From: Nitrospira sp.
Lineage (GTDB): Bacteria; Nitrospirota; Nitrospiria; Nitrospirales; Nitrospiraceae
Assembly: GCA_029865485.1 (NCBI GenBank)
Contig: JAOUGT010000001.1
Span: 603 to 64,602 of the forward strand
Direction: 5' to 3'
DNA length: 64,000 nucleotides
Below are positions 1-10,215 of this stretch, in pieces. The notes under the pieces were generated by a model that was not told the origin of the DNA, made no database searches, and worked only from the letters and a program-made list of their open reading frames with translations. Made by a program: the position numbers and the translations under genes. How positions within the stretch are numbered: the first letter of the stretch is position 1; each line of letters opens with the position of its first letter.

Positions 1-2289
1 GCTCACGCCGTTGGCGGTTCTGTCATAACCGGTCGCGTGATTGCCCCGATTCAGCATGGTGCCGGACGTCAGACGATGATTCTTCGGATCGAGGACGGAA
101 GGCCCCAACCGGCACACCTACGCCTGGTCTGGCGGAATCCTGGTCTCACCTTGCATCATGGCGATCGTGTCGCCGTCCACGGACGCTATCATCCTCCGCG
201 GGGAGGACTGAATCCGGGCGGATTCGACTATGCCACCTATCTTGAACATCAGGGGATCGATCTGGTTGGAACAGTTGTTGGGGCGCAGGCGGTGACCTTG
301 TTGGAGTCCGGAGCCGTGAGCCTTCGATGGCGCGTATGGAACCACATCGACCATTGGCGAACGACCATCCGTGAGGCATCGATCCATAGTCTGCGGCAAC
401 CGGCCTTGGGAATTGTGCTCGGTATGATCATTGGGGAACGGGGCTATATCGAGCAAGAGCTTCAAGATTGGTTCATGGCCACAGGTACGGTTCACTTACT
501 CTCAATCTCAGGTTCACATCTCGGGCTGGTTGCGGCGGTTGTCTATTGGATGGTGAGACGTGTGATGGTATGGATGCCGACCATGCTCATACTGGCTATC
601 ACGAGAAGACTGACCATTTCGCAACTTGCGATGCTGTTTACTTGGCCGACTGTCGCCTTGTATACCCTCTTGGCCGGTGCCGAGTTGGCCACCGTCCGAT
701 CACTCGTCATGATCACCATGGCGATGGTAGCCCTCTGGTTAGGACACGACCGGCATCTGAACCATACCATGGCGGTCGCCTTGCTTATGATTGTTTGCCA
801 TGACCCCCGTGCCATCTATGATATTTCTTTTCAACTTTCGTTTCTCTCTGTCTTCGTGATGATTCAGATGATCGGCATCGTAGAACCATGGGACAAGGAA
901 CTCATCCAGGATGAGCCTGGCTGGAAAACCCATGCAATCCGCTATGGGATCAAAGCGTTTGCGTTCAGCACCATACTGACCCTGACCACATTTCCCATAG
1001 TCGCCTTCTATTTTAATCAGGTGCCATGGCTCGGGGTGATCACAAATCTTGCTGCCATTCCATTGACTGGTTTCATTCTCGTGCCATTGGGTCTCTGTAT
1101 GGCAATCTGGACGATGCTGACAAGTGCCGAGGTGTTGGCCTGGGGACCAGTAGTAGAATACGCCTTTACCTGGCTAGTCGAGGGTGTTCACTGGTGCGCC
1201 ACTATTCCCGGAGCCCAATGGCCCATCGCTGCACCATCCGTCCCAGCCATGATGCTGTTTTATGCAGGGGTCATCATCGCAACTCTGCCGATCGTCTCAA
1301 AACGATGGCGAATGGCAGGGGTCGGCATGGCACTCGCACTACTTGTTTGGTGGTTGATACCCGCCGGATATCGCGGCGACGGGGATCACTGGCGTGTCAC
1401 CTTCCTTGATGTGGGTCAGGGAGATAGTGCCCTCCTCGAACTACCTGATGGACAGACGGTCTTGATTGACGGTGGCGCGCGCCATGACCGGTTCGACATG
1501 GGACGAAACGTGGTCGCGCCATTTCTGTGGAACCGCGGCATTTCACACATCGACCATGTCATTGGTACGCATCAGCAGATCGATCATGTCGGTGGATTGA
1601 TCTGGATCCTGCAACATCTTTCCGTGGGACAGTTCTGGGATCAAGGGGTGGAGCGACAGGAGCAGTTCGTCACAGACCTGACATCTGCCATTCAGTCGCG
1701 CAGGATTCTGAAGCGAGCGGCCATACAAGGACAGGATGTTGTGCACTCAGGTCCTTGTCGGCTGACCGTTCTCAATCCACAGCACGAGCTGAAACAAGCT
1801 GCTCCCAGTGCATTTCATACGGGGACCGAGTTGAACAATCGCTCTATTGTGTCTCGATTGGATTGCGGGGCTCATTCCATTCTCTTTGCTGCGGATATAG
1901 AAACCGCCGGACTACAGCAATTGCCTGAGCGTGGGCACCAGCCTGTCACGGTCTTAAAGGTTCCGCACCATGGAGCACGGAGCTCGTTGGATGAGGACTG
2001 GCTTCGTCAGCTTCATCCGCAATATGCCATCATTTCTGTTGGAGCGACCAACCCCTATGGACATCCTGCTCCCTCGGTGATCAAGACGTATGAGGATCAG
2101 GCGATTGGAATGTATCGTACTGATCGTGATGGAGCCGTCTGGGTAGAAGGCCGGCTATCAAATAACAACCTCACGGTGACCAGTATGCGTGAGTTAGTGA
2201 TCCAACCCGTTGATGTATTCACCTGTCCCTGGCGTTGTGAACACCAGAACTGGCAGCGACTACTGAGAACCCTTTCTTCAAGTTTGTGA
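1..2289 (+). CDS. comEC: DNA internalization competence protein ComEC/Rec2 (probably 5'-truncated by the window edge)
   Basis: Frame is open from base 1. OB-like NPGGFDY motif, competence domain HLLSISGSH and SFQLSF, C-terminal metallo-beta-lactamase domain (FLDVGQGDS, LIDGG, LKVPHHG, NPYGHP, YRTD). Confidence 0.95.
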   Translation, partial: AHAVGGSVITGRVIAPIQHGAGRQTMILRIEDGRPQPAHLRLVWRNPGLTLHHGDRVAVHGRYHPPRGGLNPGGFDYATYLEHQGIDLVGTVVGAQAVTLLESGAVSLRWRVWNHIDHWRTTIREASIHSLRQPALGIVLGMIIGERGYIEQELQDWFMATGTVHLLSISGSHLGLVAAVVYWMVRRVMVWMPTMLILAITRRLTISQLAMLFTWPTVALYTLLAGAELATVRSLVMITMAMVALWLGHDRHLNHTMAVALLMIVCHDPRAIYDISFQLSFLSVFVMIQMIGIVEPWDKELIQDEPGWKTHAIRYGIKAFAFSTILTLTTFPIVAFYFNQVPWLGVITNLAAIPLTGFILVPLGLCMAIWTMLTSAEVLAWGPVVEYAFTWLVEGVHWCATIPGAQWPIAAPSVPAMMLFYAGVIIATLPIVSKRWRMAGVGMALALLVWWLIPAGYRGDGDHWRVTFLDVGQGDSALLELPDGQTVLIDGGARHDRFDMGRNVVAPFLWNRGISHIDHVIGTHQQIDHVGGLIWILQHLSVGQFWDQGVERQEQFVTDLTSAIQSRRILKRAAIQGQDVVHSGPCRLTVLNPQHELKQAAPSAFHTGTELNNRSIVSRLDCGAHSILFAADIETAGLQQLPERGHQPVTVLKVPHHGARSSLDEDWLRQLHPQYAIISVGATNPYGHPAPSVIKTYEDQAIGMYRTDRDGAVWVEGRLSNNNLTVTSMRELVIQPVDVFTCPWRCEHQNWQRLLRTLSSSL

Positions 2290-2505
2290 TGAAATCTCAG
2301 ATGAACACTAGAGAAATTTTAGCCCTTTCTCAGCCTTAATGAGTTGCTTTCGATACTCGAAATCCGTAGAAGGCAGGGGAAAGAGCCCGATACGGTCCAT
2401 GAGACAGCCAATATGAATGCCCAACAAATACTTTCACTCGGGGTGAACTCCAATCGAAGCGAGAAGGCTTGCAGTTTTATCTCATTCCCGTTACAAGATC
2501 CCATC

Positions 2506-3537
2506 ATGGTTCCAACGGTTGAATGGAAGAACGGTGCCGTCCGTCTGCTGGATCAAAGCCAGCTCCCCGAGACACTTGCGTTTCTCGACTGTCATACTGT
2601 TGAAACGGTCGCCGATGCCATCCGTACCTTGAAAGTTCGTGGGGCGCCGGCAATCGGAGTGACGGCGGCAATGGGCGTGGCCTTAGGCGCGCAAACGATC
2701 ACCGCAACAGACTATTCAACGTTTTCACAAGCCGTCCTTGCCATCTGTGATGGGCTGGCGGCAACCAGACCGACCGCGGTGAATCTCTTCTGGGCGATTG
2801 AACGGATGAGGCGGATGCTGAAAACGTTACAAGGGCAACCGGTCTCAGCAATCAAGCAGATGCTCCTCTCCGAATCTCAAGCGATACTGGAAGAAGACAT
2901 TACCCTGTGCAAAACCATGGGCCGTCATGGCGCAAAGCTGATCCAAAGCGGACAGACGATCCTCACACACTGTAATGCAGGATCACTTGCCACCGCAGGA
3001 TACGGGACAGCGCTGGGAGTCATCCGCGCGGCGTGGGAAGAGGGGAAGAAGATCAATGTGATCGCAGATGAAACTCGCCCGGTTCTTCAAGGAGCTCGGC
3101 TCACGGCATGGGAGCTCATGCAAGATCACATTCCCGTCACCTTAATCACGGACAATATGGCTGGATCGCTCATGAAACAAGGGAAGATTCAACTCTGCGT
3201 CGTCGGAGCAGATCGCATCGCCGCCAATGGGGATGTCGCGAACAAGATCGGCACCTACTCCGTGGCAGTTTTGGCCAAGGCCCACAACATTCCTTTCTAC
3301 GTCGCCGCCCCCTATTCCACCATTGATCTCAATACAAAAACGGGAGACGATATTCCCATCGAACAACGAAACCCTCTTGAAGTGACCAGCATCCACGGCA
3401 GCCATCCCGTCGCCCCCAAAGATGTGGCCGTCTACAATCCTGCCTTCGACGTGACCCCAGCCGAACTGATTACCGGCATCATCACCGAACGAGGCGTCTT
3501 CAAACCTCAGGAGATCGGTAGACATTTTCTGCACTGA
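2506..3537 (+). CDS. mtnA: S-methyl-5-thioribose-1-phosphate isomerase
   Basis: [60 protein letters not shown]. Start placed at ATG 2506 (MVPTVEW). Confidence 0.95.
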   Translation: MVPTVEWKNGAVRLLDQSQLPETLAFLDCHTVETVADAIRTLKVRGAPAIGVTAAMGVALGAQTITATDYSTFSQAVLAICDGLAATRPTAVNLFWAIERMRRMLKTLQGQPVSAIKQMLLSESQAILEEDITLCKTMGRHGAKLIQSGQTILTHCNAGSLATAGYGTALGVIRAAWEEGKKINVIADETRPVLQGARLTAWELMQDHIPVTLITDNMAGSLMKQGKIQLCVVGADRIAANGDVANKIGTYSVAVLAKAHNIPFYVAAPYSTIDLNTKTGDDIPIEQRNPLEVTSIHGSHPVAPKDVAVYNPAFDVTPAELITGIITERGVFKPQEIGRHFLH

Positions 3538-3586
3538 CCACAGCGTGCAGCAAGAGCGATGATCTTCCCAGTAACCTGTGCGGCGT

Positions 3587-4027
3587 CTATTCGCTCTTGC
3601 ATCCGACCTCCCACAAGTCCTCGTTAATCGTGCCAGACTTAATGGCAACCCACGGCTCTTCATTCGCGTGTTTGCCGCCACCGATCACTTCACCCATGCC
3701 CATGTGACCATAGAAGTCCGTGGAGGCAAGTGTTCGAACCCGCTTCTGCTTACAATCAACTTGCTTGCTGAGCGTGGTGGAATAGAAACGGGTCGGCGTC
3801 CGTCCTCCCTGCATGGCTTTCCAATCGATCAGGGCCGAGAGTGCAACCAGGTTGCCGTCTCGATGGATGGTGCTTGGATCGATGTACACTGTCTGCAACG
3901 GGTGAGATTGATATTGATCCTGAAGGGCCACCCATTCCGCATAGACAAAACTATCCACTTGAGCCACAAATGTGACCACCAGATAGAGCCTAAACACACG
4001 CATGAGCACGCGCCATCCTTTATCCAA
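3587..4027 (-). CDS. Exported protein, surface-adhesin E-like family
   Basis: Signal-like N-terminus (…VYA|EW), YIDPSTI and DC…FYG pattern, C-terminal W..C. Start could be ATG 4003. Confidence 0.6.
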   Translation of the reverse strand: MDKGWRVLMRVFRLYLVVTFVAQVDSFVYAEWVALQDQYQSHPLQTVYIDPSTIHRDGNLVALSALIDWKAMQGGRTPTRFYSTTLSKQVDCKQKRVRTLASTDFYGHMGMGEVIGGGKHANEEPWVAIKSGTINEDLWEVGCKSE

Positions 4028-4259
4028 TAGAGGCTACTATACCAGCCATAGAGCCTTTCAAGAAATGAGGCACTCCTGAACCATGCACAAGATCCGATCA
4101 GAGCTATAGAAGAACCAGGAAATCAGCCTTAACCAGGTGACCCGTGCCTGATAGCACAATCCGGATCCACTACCACCAAGTAGCTCACCAAACTCTCATG
4201 CTGTAGGCTAACTTCGTGTGACGGGTGAGGCCAGTCGAGTGCAGAAGAATCTGGTAAGA

Positions 4260-5738
4260 CTAGGGTGTGGTGAGAGACTGGTCACCTCCAGAGATGAGGG
4301 AGCCAATTTCGTGCAGCTTGAGCATGTTCGTGCCACCGACTTGGCCTGCCATGGTTCCAGACACCACGGCAATGATGTTTCCAGGCGAACAGAGGCCCTC
4401 ATCCGTAAGCCGTTGCTCCACTTCTGCGATCCAGGCTTCCGGTGGTCCTCCTCGAGACATGGGAAATGGACGAACGCCCCAATACAGCGCCATCTGCTGT
4501 CGAATCGGTTCCGACGGAGTGAAGGCCAGGAGAGGGGCAGTCGGCCGCTGTTTGGAGATCAACCGCGCAGTCGCACCGCTTTCTGTGAAGGCTACAATAG
4601 CTCTCGCTCCGACTGATCTGGCTGCGGAAGCGGCAGCAGCTGAGATCGCCTCGGCAAGCGACAGGTTATCCCTACTGGGGTCTGCCTTGATGGTCACACC
4701 GGGTTCGGTCGTATCTTCCGCCGCACGAATCAGACGATCCATGACCTGCACCGCCTCGACCGGATAAGCCCCGACGGCAGTCTCCGCTGAGAGCATGACC
4801 GCATCGCTGCCGTCAAATATAGCATTGGCAACATCCGAGGCTTCTGCCCTCGTCGGCCTTGTAGCTTGTGTCATTGACTCCAACATCTGCGTGGCGGTGA
4901 TCACCAACCGACGCCGACGATTAGCCTCAACGATAATGCGTTTTTGTAAGATCGGTACCGCTTCCGGCCCCATCTCCACACCGAGATCACCGCGTGCGAT
5001 CATCACGCCGTCCGTACAATCCAAAATGTCGTCGAGTGTCGCGATAGCCTCGGCTCGTTCTATCTTTGCGATGAGCGGAATGCGACGTCCATACTGTTGC
5101 AGCACGGCTCGCGCCGCCTCAATATCGTTCGGCCCTCGGACGAAGGACAGTGCGATATAGTCCACCGCCTGTTCGACACCAAACCGCATGTCGTTCCGAT
5201 CCTTCTCCGTGAGTGTCGGTGCACTGACCGCCGTTCCAGGCAGATTGATTCCCTTATGCGAGGTAATCGTGCCGCCGATCAGGACGGAACATTCTACGAC
5301 GTCATCCTTCATGCGGTCAGCGACGAGCTCGATCAACCCGTCATTGATCAGGATCCGAGACCCGGCACGAAGATCTTGCGTCAGATACGGATATGAGATC
5401 GGGATTTCTAGAGAAGATGAGGGTGCAACGGGTTGCACTTCCAATTCAGATCTGCAAGCACGGAGACGGACCGTTTGACCAGCCGTGACGTGAATCCCTG
5501 CCTCAGACACAAGACCCACCCGAATCCTCGGTCCTTGCAGGTCTTGGATGATGGCGACCGCCGACCCCTGCTTGGCAGCGGCTTGACGAATCGTGGTGAT
5601 CGCGGCGGCATGCCATTCGTACGTCCCATGAGAGAAGTTCAACCGAGCCGCATTCATCCCGCTGGTGATCAAGCGATCTACCATGACCGGGGAGGAGCTG
5701 GCAGGCCCAATGGTACAGATGATCTTAGCTTTTCGCAT
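4260..5738 (-). CDS. pyk: Pyruvate kinase
   Basis: KIICTIGPAS, ARLNFSHG, DLQGPRIR, IAKIE, MIARGDLGVE, ATQMLESM, DAVMLSAETA. Confidence 0.97.
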   Translation of the reverse strand: MRKAKIICTIGPASSSPVMVDRLITSGMNAARLNFSHGTYEWHAAAITTIRQAAAKQGSAVAIIQDLQGPRIRVGLVSEAGIHVTAGQTVRLRACRSELEVQPVAPSSSLEIPISYPYLTQDLRAGSRILINDGLIELVADRMKDDVVECSVLIGGTITSHKGINLPGTAVSAPTLTEKDRNDMRFGVEQAVDYIALSFVRGPNDIEAARAVLQQYGRRIPLIAKIERAEAIATLDDILDCTDGVMIARGDLGVEMGPEAVPILQKRIIVEANRRRRLVITATQMLESMTQATRPTRAEASDVANAIFDGSDAVMLSAETAVGAYPVEAVQVMDRLIRAAEDTTEPGVTIKADPSRDNLSLAEAISAAAASAARSVGARAIVAFTESGATARLISKQRPTAPLLAFTPSEPIRQQMALYWGVRPFPMSRGGPPEAWIAEVEQRLTDEGLCSPGNIIAVVSGTMAGQVGGTNMLKLHEIGSLISGGDQSLTTP

Positions 5739-6015
5739 AGGACTGCGGATGGAATTCAGAGCGATCCACTTGAAACCATGGGCTGGGATCGTACGATATC
5801 ATTCGTCTGATCTGCATACGGGGGAGTGTCTCGATGAACAGCAGGTGAGACCGTTGAGTCTCGGTTGAGATGGAGAATCCCTCGTCATCATAGATCACGC
5901 ATTTTCTTCCCTTTTGCCTTCTAACCGGTAGAATAATTCTAGCATAGGGGTCTACGTCCCACCGACTCCAATTTCCACGACGCGCAACGCCCCTCCCTAA
6001 CGAAAGGAACGCACT

Positions 6016-7068
6016 GTGGCAACGCTCATTTCAGTGGCATCAGGAAAAGGCGGCGTCGGGAAGAGTGTGGTGTCCGCAAATTTGGCATTGGCATTGGCGA
6101 AGACGGGACGTCAGGTCCTGCTCGCCGACCTGGACGTGGGCGGAGCTGATGCGCACATCATGGTTGGACAATTGAACCCAGCCGTGACGCTGACGGATTT
6201 TCTTAATAAACGAGTCCAGCGCCTGGAGGATGTTGCCATCCCGGTGACCTTTCACCCGAACCTCCGTCTATTGGCCGGAACGGGCGACACGTTAGCCACT
6301 GCCAACATGGCCTACGCACGCAAGAAGCGACTGATGAAACAGTTCCAGGAACTCACGGCGGATGTCGTGGTGATCGACATTGGCGCCGGCACCAGCTACC
6401 ACGCGCTCGACTTTTTCTTGATGGGTGACATCCATGTGGCGGTCGCCACCCCCGAACCAACATCGGTTCTAGACCTCTACCGATTCATTAAGTTGGCGGC
6501 GATCCGACGTGTCTTGGCCTGCTTTTTGGCGCGTAGTCCCATGTCGGACGTGCTTTCGAACAGAGACTTCCTCAGTGTGGAAGAGGTGATGAGCGTGGCG
6601 GGTGCCACCGATGCAGAAGGACGCGATATAGCCGCTACCGCACTGCGCTCCTTTCGGCCCGGCCTCGTGATCAACCGCACATCAAGCCGATCTCAGGTCA
6701 ACGTGTTCTACCTTCGCAAGATTCTTTATGAGTACGTCGGAGGAGACTTAACCCTCCTGGGTGAGATCCCAGAAGATCCCGCTGTGAGCCAGGCTGTCCG
6801 GAGCTTCCTGCCTGTCATCGAGGCCGCACCAACATCCCTCGCCGCCAAGTGCCTGCTGTCGCTCGCCACGGCAGTCGACCGACTGATAACCGACCCTCCA
6901 GATCACCTTAAAGAGGAGGTCACACAGCCAGCAGAAATACCGACAGCGGTTGTCTTCTCGAAGGCAGACGTCACTCCGCCTCTTCCCGCCTCCACACCTG
7001 TGACACCTGATGTCCCACCAGCCTCCTATGTGTCAAGAACGACCGGTACAACAGATCCTATCCAGTAG
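6016..7068 (+). CDS. MinD/FlhG(FleN)-like P-loop ATPase with Pro-rich tail
   Basis: Deviant Walker A SGKGGVGKS, DLDVGG, IDIGAG, TPEPTS, GEIPED. GTG start with AAAGGA RBS. Confidence 0.85.
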   Translation: MATLISVASGKGGVGKSVVSANLALALAKTGRQVLLADLDVGGADAHIMVGQLNPAVTLTDFLNKRVQRLEDVAIPVTFHPNLRLLAGTGDTLATANMAYARKKRLMKQFQELTADVVVIDIGAGTSYHALDFFLMGDIHVAVATPEPTSVLDLYRFIKLAAIRRVLACFLARSPMSDVLSNRDFLSVEEVMSVAGATDAEGRDIAATALRSFRPGLVINRTSSRSQVNVFYLRKILYEYVGGDLTLLGEIPEDPAVSQAVRSFLPVIEAAPTSLAAKCLLSLATAVDRLITDPPDHLKEEVTQPAEIPTAVVFSKADVTPPLPASTPVTPDVPPASYVSRTTGTTDPIQ

Positions 7069-7140
7069 ATCGGCGGGGGGAGTTAAACAGAAGGTAGCCG
7101 ACGGGTGTCGCTGTTGGCGAGCAGGGAGCGGTGAGGAAGG

Positions 7141-7545
7141 CTAAAACCCCAGTTCTTTTTCGAGGTCTGCTTTCTTCTTCTCGAATTGTTTTTGTTCGGC
7201 CTCGCTCTTTTGGCTCAACATCCCCTTCATGCTCTCACCGGCCTTCTCCATAGCCCGCTGAGATTCTTCTCCCTTCTTCTTAATCTGTGATGCCATCTCT
7301 TTTGCCTTGGGTGAACCGGCGAACTCGTAATACATCATCGCCTGGCCCTAGGTGAAGGGCAGGGCGTCGAGAAGCAGCGCCGTACTTCGTAAAGAAACTC
7401 TCGGCCGGCGGCATGCCGAGCGCTCTACAGTGGGCGTCCGTAATACGCTTATTCATCGCGGCGTTGGCCTTCTCCATTGCCTTATTCTTCTGCCATTGCG
7501 CTCAAGCTGCTAGACCACTTCTGCGTGCGTTGCTGCAGGCCGCGA
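7141..7545 (-). pseudogene. Frameshifted or stop-interrupted 3' remnant of a gene ending ...ADLEKELGF (C-terminus paralogous to 11678-12862)
   Basis: Helical-looking coding fragments lie in different frames (…QQRTQKWSSSLSAMAEE*, MEKANAAMNKR…, *GQAMMYYEFAG…). The last 23 aa align with the HEAT protein C-terminus. The upstream limit is approximate. Confidence 0.6.
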
Positions 7546-7622
7546 CGGCTCTCTGGTGTTTCGGATGGGCGTAGTTATACAATCACGGGGACTAGAGAGA
7601 ATCTACCCCCATTCCTCAGCAG

Positions 7623-8711
7623 GTGGTTGTTCCCATGTCCAGACTGTTTTACTTCAGAGCTCTGATGTGGGTTACGGCGCTCATAATTCTAAGCAAGACT
7701 GCCCCTATGTCGATAGCGCAAGGTGCGCCGACATCGGAACGCGCGACCGCTTCCGGTGGGGCGGTCGCACAATCAAGAAACTGTTCCGGCGGACAACAGC
7801 AGGATGGGTCTTGCCTGCCGGGAAGTACGGGAAGTCCTGCAGGGGCGGGCAGTACGCCAACGCCGCCGGTCACACCGCCAGTTCCACCATCAGTCACGCC
7901 CCCGGTTGTGCCACCAGCCATGCCCCCGGTCCCATTCCCGATCGTGCCGCCGTCAGGAAGACCGCCGGCCACACAGTCGGAGGATCTAGAGCTTCCCTCA
8001 GTTATCTACGGCTGGGCGAAGGCCACGCTGCACATCCATGACGACGATCACGATGTCGTCTATACCTCGGACTCGTTCCCGAGCGACCCTGAGCGTAAGC
8101 ATAGGGTGAAGCTTGCATTTATTCGGCGCGCAGTCCAGAACCAGCGGGGGACTACTCAGTATGTCTTGATTCCCGATCTGGGCAGGAAAATGATGGCTTG
8201 GAAGGTCAACGGAAGAGTCTTCGACTGCACGGTGGAAGGGGAAGCGATCATCCTGTTCCCAAGGGAACAAGTAAACGCTCTTCAGACCGCGGCCCCCGGC
8301 CAATATACGCCGCTAGACCCAACTCGTCCGGTGTTCGGCTACCTGAATGTGGTCGGGACGGATGGAGGAGATTTTCACAGTGTGATCATTCAAATGTTTG
8401 ATCCGAATGCTCGGCTCACGAAGACCTGTCCGGGTGATCCACCGATGGTCACGGAGGAAAAGTTCGATGCCGGCTATCTCCTCCACATTCTGTGGCAGAA
8501 GAACACACGCGAAGATGGCCGCGTTAGCTTCAAGGGGCAACAGACGTACGACATGAACAAACCGTCGGGTTTGCTCGACATGCTCCCTCCTGGGGAGAAC
8601 CGGGATATAGTGCGTCAATATCTCAATTCGACTGAGACCTCAGGCACCAGCGTCCGCTACACCTGGGAGTGGGAGTTCGATACCGTCCGCCCAGCACCGG
8701 AGTATCCATGA
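7623..8711 (+). CDS. Hypothetical exported protein with Cys pair and Pro/Thr-rich linker
   Basis: 362-aa ORF. Signal-like N-terminus (likely ATG 7635), PPVTPPVPPSVTPPVVPP linker, beta-rich C-terminal domain. Confidence 0.75.
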   Translation: MVVPMSRLFYFRALMWVTALIILSKTAPMSIAQGAPTSERATASGGAVAQSRNCSGGQQQDGSCLPGSTGSPAGAGSTPTPPVTPPVPPSVTPPVVPPAMPPVPFPIVPPSGRPPATQSEDLELPSVIYGWAKATLHIHDDDHDVVYTSDSFPSDPERKHRVKLAFIRRAVQNQRGTTQYVLIPDLGRKMMAWKVNGRVFDCTVEGEAIILFPREQVNALQTAAPGQYTPLDPTRPVFGYLNVVGTDGGDFHSVIIQMFDPNARLTKTCPGDPPMVTEEKFDAGYLLHILWQKNTREDGRVSFKGQQTYDMNKPSGLLDMLPPGENRDIVRQYLNSTETSGTSVRYTWEWEFDTVRPAPEYP

Positions 8712-8776
8712 CTGTCGCCGTGTGAGTGCGCTAGGCCAAGCCCGCCTCGCTACGGCTGTGGATCACGCGGGTTCGA

Positions 8777-8974
8777 TTACCAGGTGAATCTGTCTTTGAT
8801 GTCAAACGGTGTCGGGGACATTTGTAAGGTGGCAAAACCCGTTTTCTCGCCCGAGGGCTGCCAGCCGCTGTCGGCCTTGGGATCCGAACTCAACGCGCTC
8901 AGCGCGGATTCGTCCCTGAGCACTTGCCCCGGTTTATAGAGCGGAGTGGCGGGAACCGCGATGATGCCCCGCGC
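8777..8974 (-). pseudogene. Orphan 3' fragment paralogous to 9720-10211 (ends ...SPTPFDIKDRFTW*)
   Basis: 65 open codons with no evident start of its own, in frame directly after the TAG of 8975-9631. C-terminus and 3' flank match those of 9720-10211 (32/40 nt, 8750-8789 vs 9693-9732). Confidence 0.7.
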
Positions 8975-9631
8975 CTATTTCACGATCGTCGGTGTCACCG
9001 TATACGTCCAGCCCTTCTCCGTGGAGCTGGTTGCTTTGATGATGAACGCCTTGCCGTTGTGCTGGTATCCGCCCTGCCCGCTAGGCATGGCCAGCATCAT
9101 GCCGTTGGGCGCCGGTACTGCGATCCTGTGTCTCACCGATCGAGCCGTGGCTTGTCGGATGGCCGCGCAGGGGCCGACCTCGTTCACGCCGGCGACCGTG
9201 CCGGCAGGCAACTCCCGCTGCACCTCGGCGTGGACCGCGTTTGCCATTCCAAGCGCGGGGTCATTCCTGAGCTCGACAACGGTCGCGTGTTCGAACGCAC
9301 CGCTCACCGTGGTTGTGCAGGTGCCGTTCTTCAGCACCGATACCAGTTTGGACGGAAAGTTCTTGATGATGGGCGTTCCAATCATGGCGAACTCCGACGG
9401 GTTCCAGTCGAACTCGACTTCGAAACGATCCGTCACCGTCCCGCGACCGGGCATCTTATCCGCGGTGAACAGAACCGCCTCTCCTGAGAATTCGCCGGTG
9501 ACCTTGTAGTTGACGACGGTGGCAGCGGTCCATTTGGCCATTAGATCGACGTTCTGTGCCGCCGACTCCCGCGTGGACACGAGCACTCCGAGAACGAGAG
9601 CCACTCCAATAATCGCATGACGCTTCTTCAT
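8975..9631 (-). CDS. Hypothetical exported protein
   Basis: AAAGGAG RBS, signal peptide MKKRHAIIGVALVLGVLVSTRESAA|Q, two Cys, beta-rich. Confidence 0.8.
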   Translation of the reverse strand: MKKRHAIIGVALVLGVLVSTRESAAQNVDLMAKWTAATVVNYKVTGEFSGEAVLFTADKMPGRGTVTDRFEVEFDWNPSEFAMIGTPIIKNFPSKLVSVLKNGTCTTTVSGAFEHATVVELRNDPALGMANAVHAEVQRELPAGTVAGVNEVGPCAAIRQATARSVRHRIAVPAPNGMMLAMPSGQGGYQHNGKAFIIKATSSTEKGWTYTVTPTIVK

Positions 9632-9719
9632 GGTTTCTTCTCCTTTACTGGCGTTTCAGCGTTCAGTTCACGGTCTATCCATCATCCAGGCGCTGCGGCT
9701 GTCAATCGTGCGGGATCAA

Positions 9720-10211
9720 TTACCAGGTAAATGTGCCTGAGATGGGAGCAGGCGCAGGTGAGAGACGAATGGGATTGGGATTCTTTTCATCGGGCACCTG
9801 CGAAAATCCTGTGAATACCTGCCAAACTCCTGTGAATCCCCACAAGTCGCACTGATACTTTGCAGATTTCCCCGTCGGGTCCTGCCTGATCATCGTGACA
9901 GGGTCCACGAAATCATCGGCCGTAATCGGAACAATCACGCGTGCCGTCGTCACGAGTTGGCCTGCCAAGACCGGCAGCTCAACCTGGGCACCGATTATCT
10001 TTATCTGATTGACTTTGGTTTCGGGCTGCTTCGGGAACGCGTCACTGGTTATGCTGCACTCGACCCTCACCTTTGTGATGTCTGATGTCAACCTGGTTAG
10101 GTTGAGCGGCACCTCGAAGGTGACGTCGCCGGGTATCGTCTGTGCGTTGGCCTCACCAAAGACCAACGATACGAACGATAGAAGTACCATGACGGTTATC
10201 GTGAGCAGCAT
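9720..10211 (-). CDS. Hypothetical exported protein (small, beta-rich, ends FTW)
   Basis: AAGGAG RBS, signal peptide ending ANA|Q, Cys pair. Confidence 0.8.
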   Translation of the reverse strand: MLLTITVMVLLSFVSLVFGEANAQTIPGDVTFEVPLNLTRLTSDITKVRVECSITSDAFPKQPETKVNQIKIIGAQVELPVLAGQLVTTARVIVPITADDFVDPVTMIRQDPTGKSAKYQCDLWGFTGVWQVFTGFSQVPDEKNPNPIRLSPAPAPISGTFTW

Positions 10212-10215
10212 AGGC

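Noticed and set aside
2360-2500. SAM-I riboswitch-like stretch upstream of mtnA (AGAAGGCAGGGGAAAGAGCCCGA)
   Set aside because: It lacks the conserved GCAACC and GGTGC elements and a P1 stem. An Rfam scan would settle it.
8975-8977. Pyrrolysine or recoded amber stop
   Set aside because: TAG ends many normal genes here (pyk, serA, dnaB) and no pyl genes are visible. A deletion junction is simpler.
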